Assembly (NCBI GenBank): GCA_017541975.1
Contig: JAFXYB010000021.1
Location: forward strand, 197-64,196
DNA length: 64,000 nucleotides
DNA from: a bacterium
GTDB taxonomy: Bacteria; Bacillota_I; Bacilli_A; Izemoplasmatales; UBA1188
Reading direction: 5' to 3'
Shown: one piece after another, positions 62,838-64,000 of the stretch
Position numbering within the stretch: position 1 is the stretch's first letter
How the letters are laid out: the number at the start of each line of letters is the position of its first letter
Translations under genes and position numbers: made by a program
Notes under the pieces: model-generated
What the model was told of the DNA's origin: nothing
Databases searched by the model: none
What the model saw: only the letters and a program-made list of their open reading frames with translations

Positions 62838-64000
62838 CAAGACTCCATGTTTTTGCACCAGTTATCTCTACATCAACTATTTGACCAATGTATTTTTTAT
62901 CACCAACAACGTTTACTAGTTTGTTATTTTCAGTATAGCCCATCAGTATTTCTTCTTGGTTCTTTGAATAACCTTCAATTAACACTTTTACAGTTTGACC
63001 TAAGAAACGCTTGTTGCCTCTTCCATAACCTTCATTTACTAAATCATTTAATTTATATAAACGATTATAAGCAACTTCTTCTGTAATTGATGGGTCTATA
63101 TATTTGGCAGCTGGTGTACCCTCTCTTGGTGAAAAGATGAATGTATAAGCTCCTTCAAAATTACATCTTTTTACAAGCTCTAAAGTCTCATTGAAATCTT
63201 CTTCAGTCTCATATGGGAAAGCCACAATTATATCTGTAGTAATTGATACTCCTGGGATTGCGTCATAAAGCTTATCGCAAAGTTCAATGAAAGACTCTTT
63301 AGTGTATTTTCTATTCATCTTCTTTAATACTTTATTAGATCCTGATTGAACTGGAAGATGAATTGCAGGCATGATATTTTTAGAATTCTTGATAGCTTCA
63401 ATTTGTCTATCATCGAAATCTTTTGGATTGTTTGTGGTAAATCTAATTCTTGGAATTGAAAGCTTTGATAGGTCAGTTAATAGGTCTGCGAAATCATATT
63501 TTAGATCAACGAAGTCTTTACCATAAGCATTAACGTTTTGTCCAAGAAGAGTGATTTCTTTATATCCTTCACTTATTAATCCTTCGACTTCTTTAATGAT
63601 ATTCTCTGGAAGTCTTGAACGTTCTTTTCCTCTTGTGTATGGGACGATACAGTATGTGCAGAATTCATCACAGCCATACATAATAGGAACCCAAGCTTTA
63701 ATCTTGCTTTCTCTTACCATTGGAATGTTTTCAACGATGTCACCTTCATAAGATAAAACATCTACTACTCTTTCTTTGTTTTCCATTACTCTTTTAATTA
63801 GTGATGGAAGAGAGTGAAGGTTATGAGTTCCAAAGATGAAATCAACATTTTGATATTTAGTTAGGAGTTTTCTAACAACTGATTCTTCTTGAGCCATACA
63901 GCCACAAAGACCAACTATTAGTTCTGGTTTTCTTCTTTTTAGTTGTTTGAGTCTACCAATTTCACCAAATACTTTATCTTCTGCGTTTTTTCTTATTGCA
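62815..64000 (-). CDS. miaB: tRNA-i6A37 methylthiotransferase MiaB (5' end beyond the window)
   Basis: Radical-SAM CDEFCTYCIVP and a C-terminal TRAM domain. The reading frame stays open upstream of the track Met to the window edge (...LIVGLCGCMAQEE). Confidence 0.9.
   Translation of the reverse strand, partial: AIRKNAEDKVFGEIGRLKQLKRRKPELIVGLCGCMAQEESVVRKLLTKYQNVDFIFGTHNLHSLPSLIKRVMENKERVVDVLSYEGDIVENIPMVRESKIKAWVPIMYGCDEFCTYCIVPYTRGKERSRLPENIIKEVEGLISEGYKEITLLGQNVNAYGKDFVDLKYDFADLLTDLSKLSIPRIRFTTNNPKDFDDRQIEAIKNSKNIMPAIHLPVQSGSNKVLKKMNRKYTKESFIELCDKLYDAIPGVSITTDIIVAFPYETEEDFNETLELVKRCNFEGAYTFIFSPREGTPAAKYIDPSITEEVAYNRLYKLNDLVNEGYGRGNKRFLGQTVKVLIEGYSKNQEEILMGYTENNKLVNVVGDKKYIGQIVDVEITGAKTWSLDGRIKNS

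Noticed and set aside
1-64000. Alternative genetic code (TGA=Trp, Mollicutes-like), considered because of the AT-richness and Mollicutes-like gene content
   Set aside because: All conserved genes are full length under the standard code. TGA is used as a genuine stop (for example the LMW-PTP gene ends ...ERK-TGA at 37199-37201, immediately before the next gene's RBS and start).

Overview
Visibly AT-rich, gene-dense chromosomal window of about 60 genes, mostly on the minus strand. It looks like a low-GC Bacillota-type anaerobe using the standard bacterial code: TGA serves as a stop and no in-frame TGA breaks any gene. All family calls rest on motifs I recognise by eye; no database search was possible.

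Layout:
- 1-20.8 kb is a housekeeping block resembling a compressed Bacillus 'ylo' region: recG, yloV-like DAK2 protein, rpmB, htrA, rpe, rsgA, pfkA, rlmN, pheST, polC, rpoZ, gmk, rqcH.
- 20.8-55.5 kb is metabolic and accessory. It holds guanine deaminase, DegV, an orphan Hpt plus REC-GGDEF-EAL pair, and an OhrR-box-controlled gpx/TSCPD/ohrR operon. It also holds a membrane-anchored carboxylesterase, rubrerythrin plus desulfoferrodoxin, transporters, and a decayed HigB/HigA module beside a tRNA-Arg/Pro/Cys cluster. Further genes are an EFR1-like ferredoxin/SDR/LMW-PTP/C69 dipeptidase operon, a disrupted DUF218 gene, a large frameshifted BspA-type LRR lipoprotein, an M32 carboxypeptidase, the nrdD locus, pepP, Fe-ADH, gltS and an LCP protein.
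- 55.5-64 kb is housekeeping again: sirtuin, CNNM/CorC, efp, miaA, miaB (cut by the window edge).

I see no rRNA, CRISPR array, intact mobile element, integrase or recognisable defence system.

The best candidate for something under-described is the nrdD locus. The class III RNR carries a C-terminal CxxC glutaredoxin-like domain. A thioredoxin-reductase-like flavoprotein follows 6 nt downstream, and its NADPH-binding signatures are visibly degenerate. This suggests a dedicated reductant relay that uses neither formate nor NADPH.

Secondary points are the OhrR operator in front of gpx plus a 4-Cys TSCPD protein, several perfect palindromic operators, and four disrupted genes within 9 kb. That cluster could be real gene decay or homopolymer assembly error.
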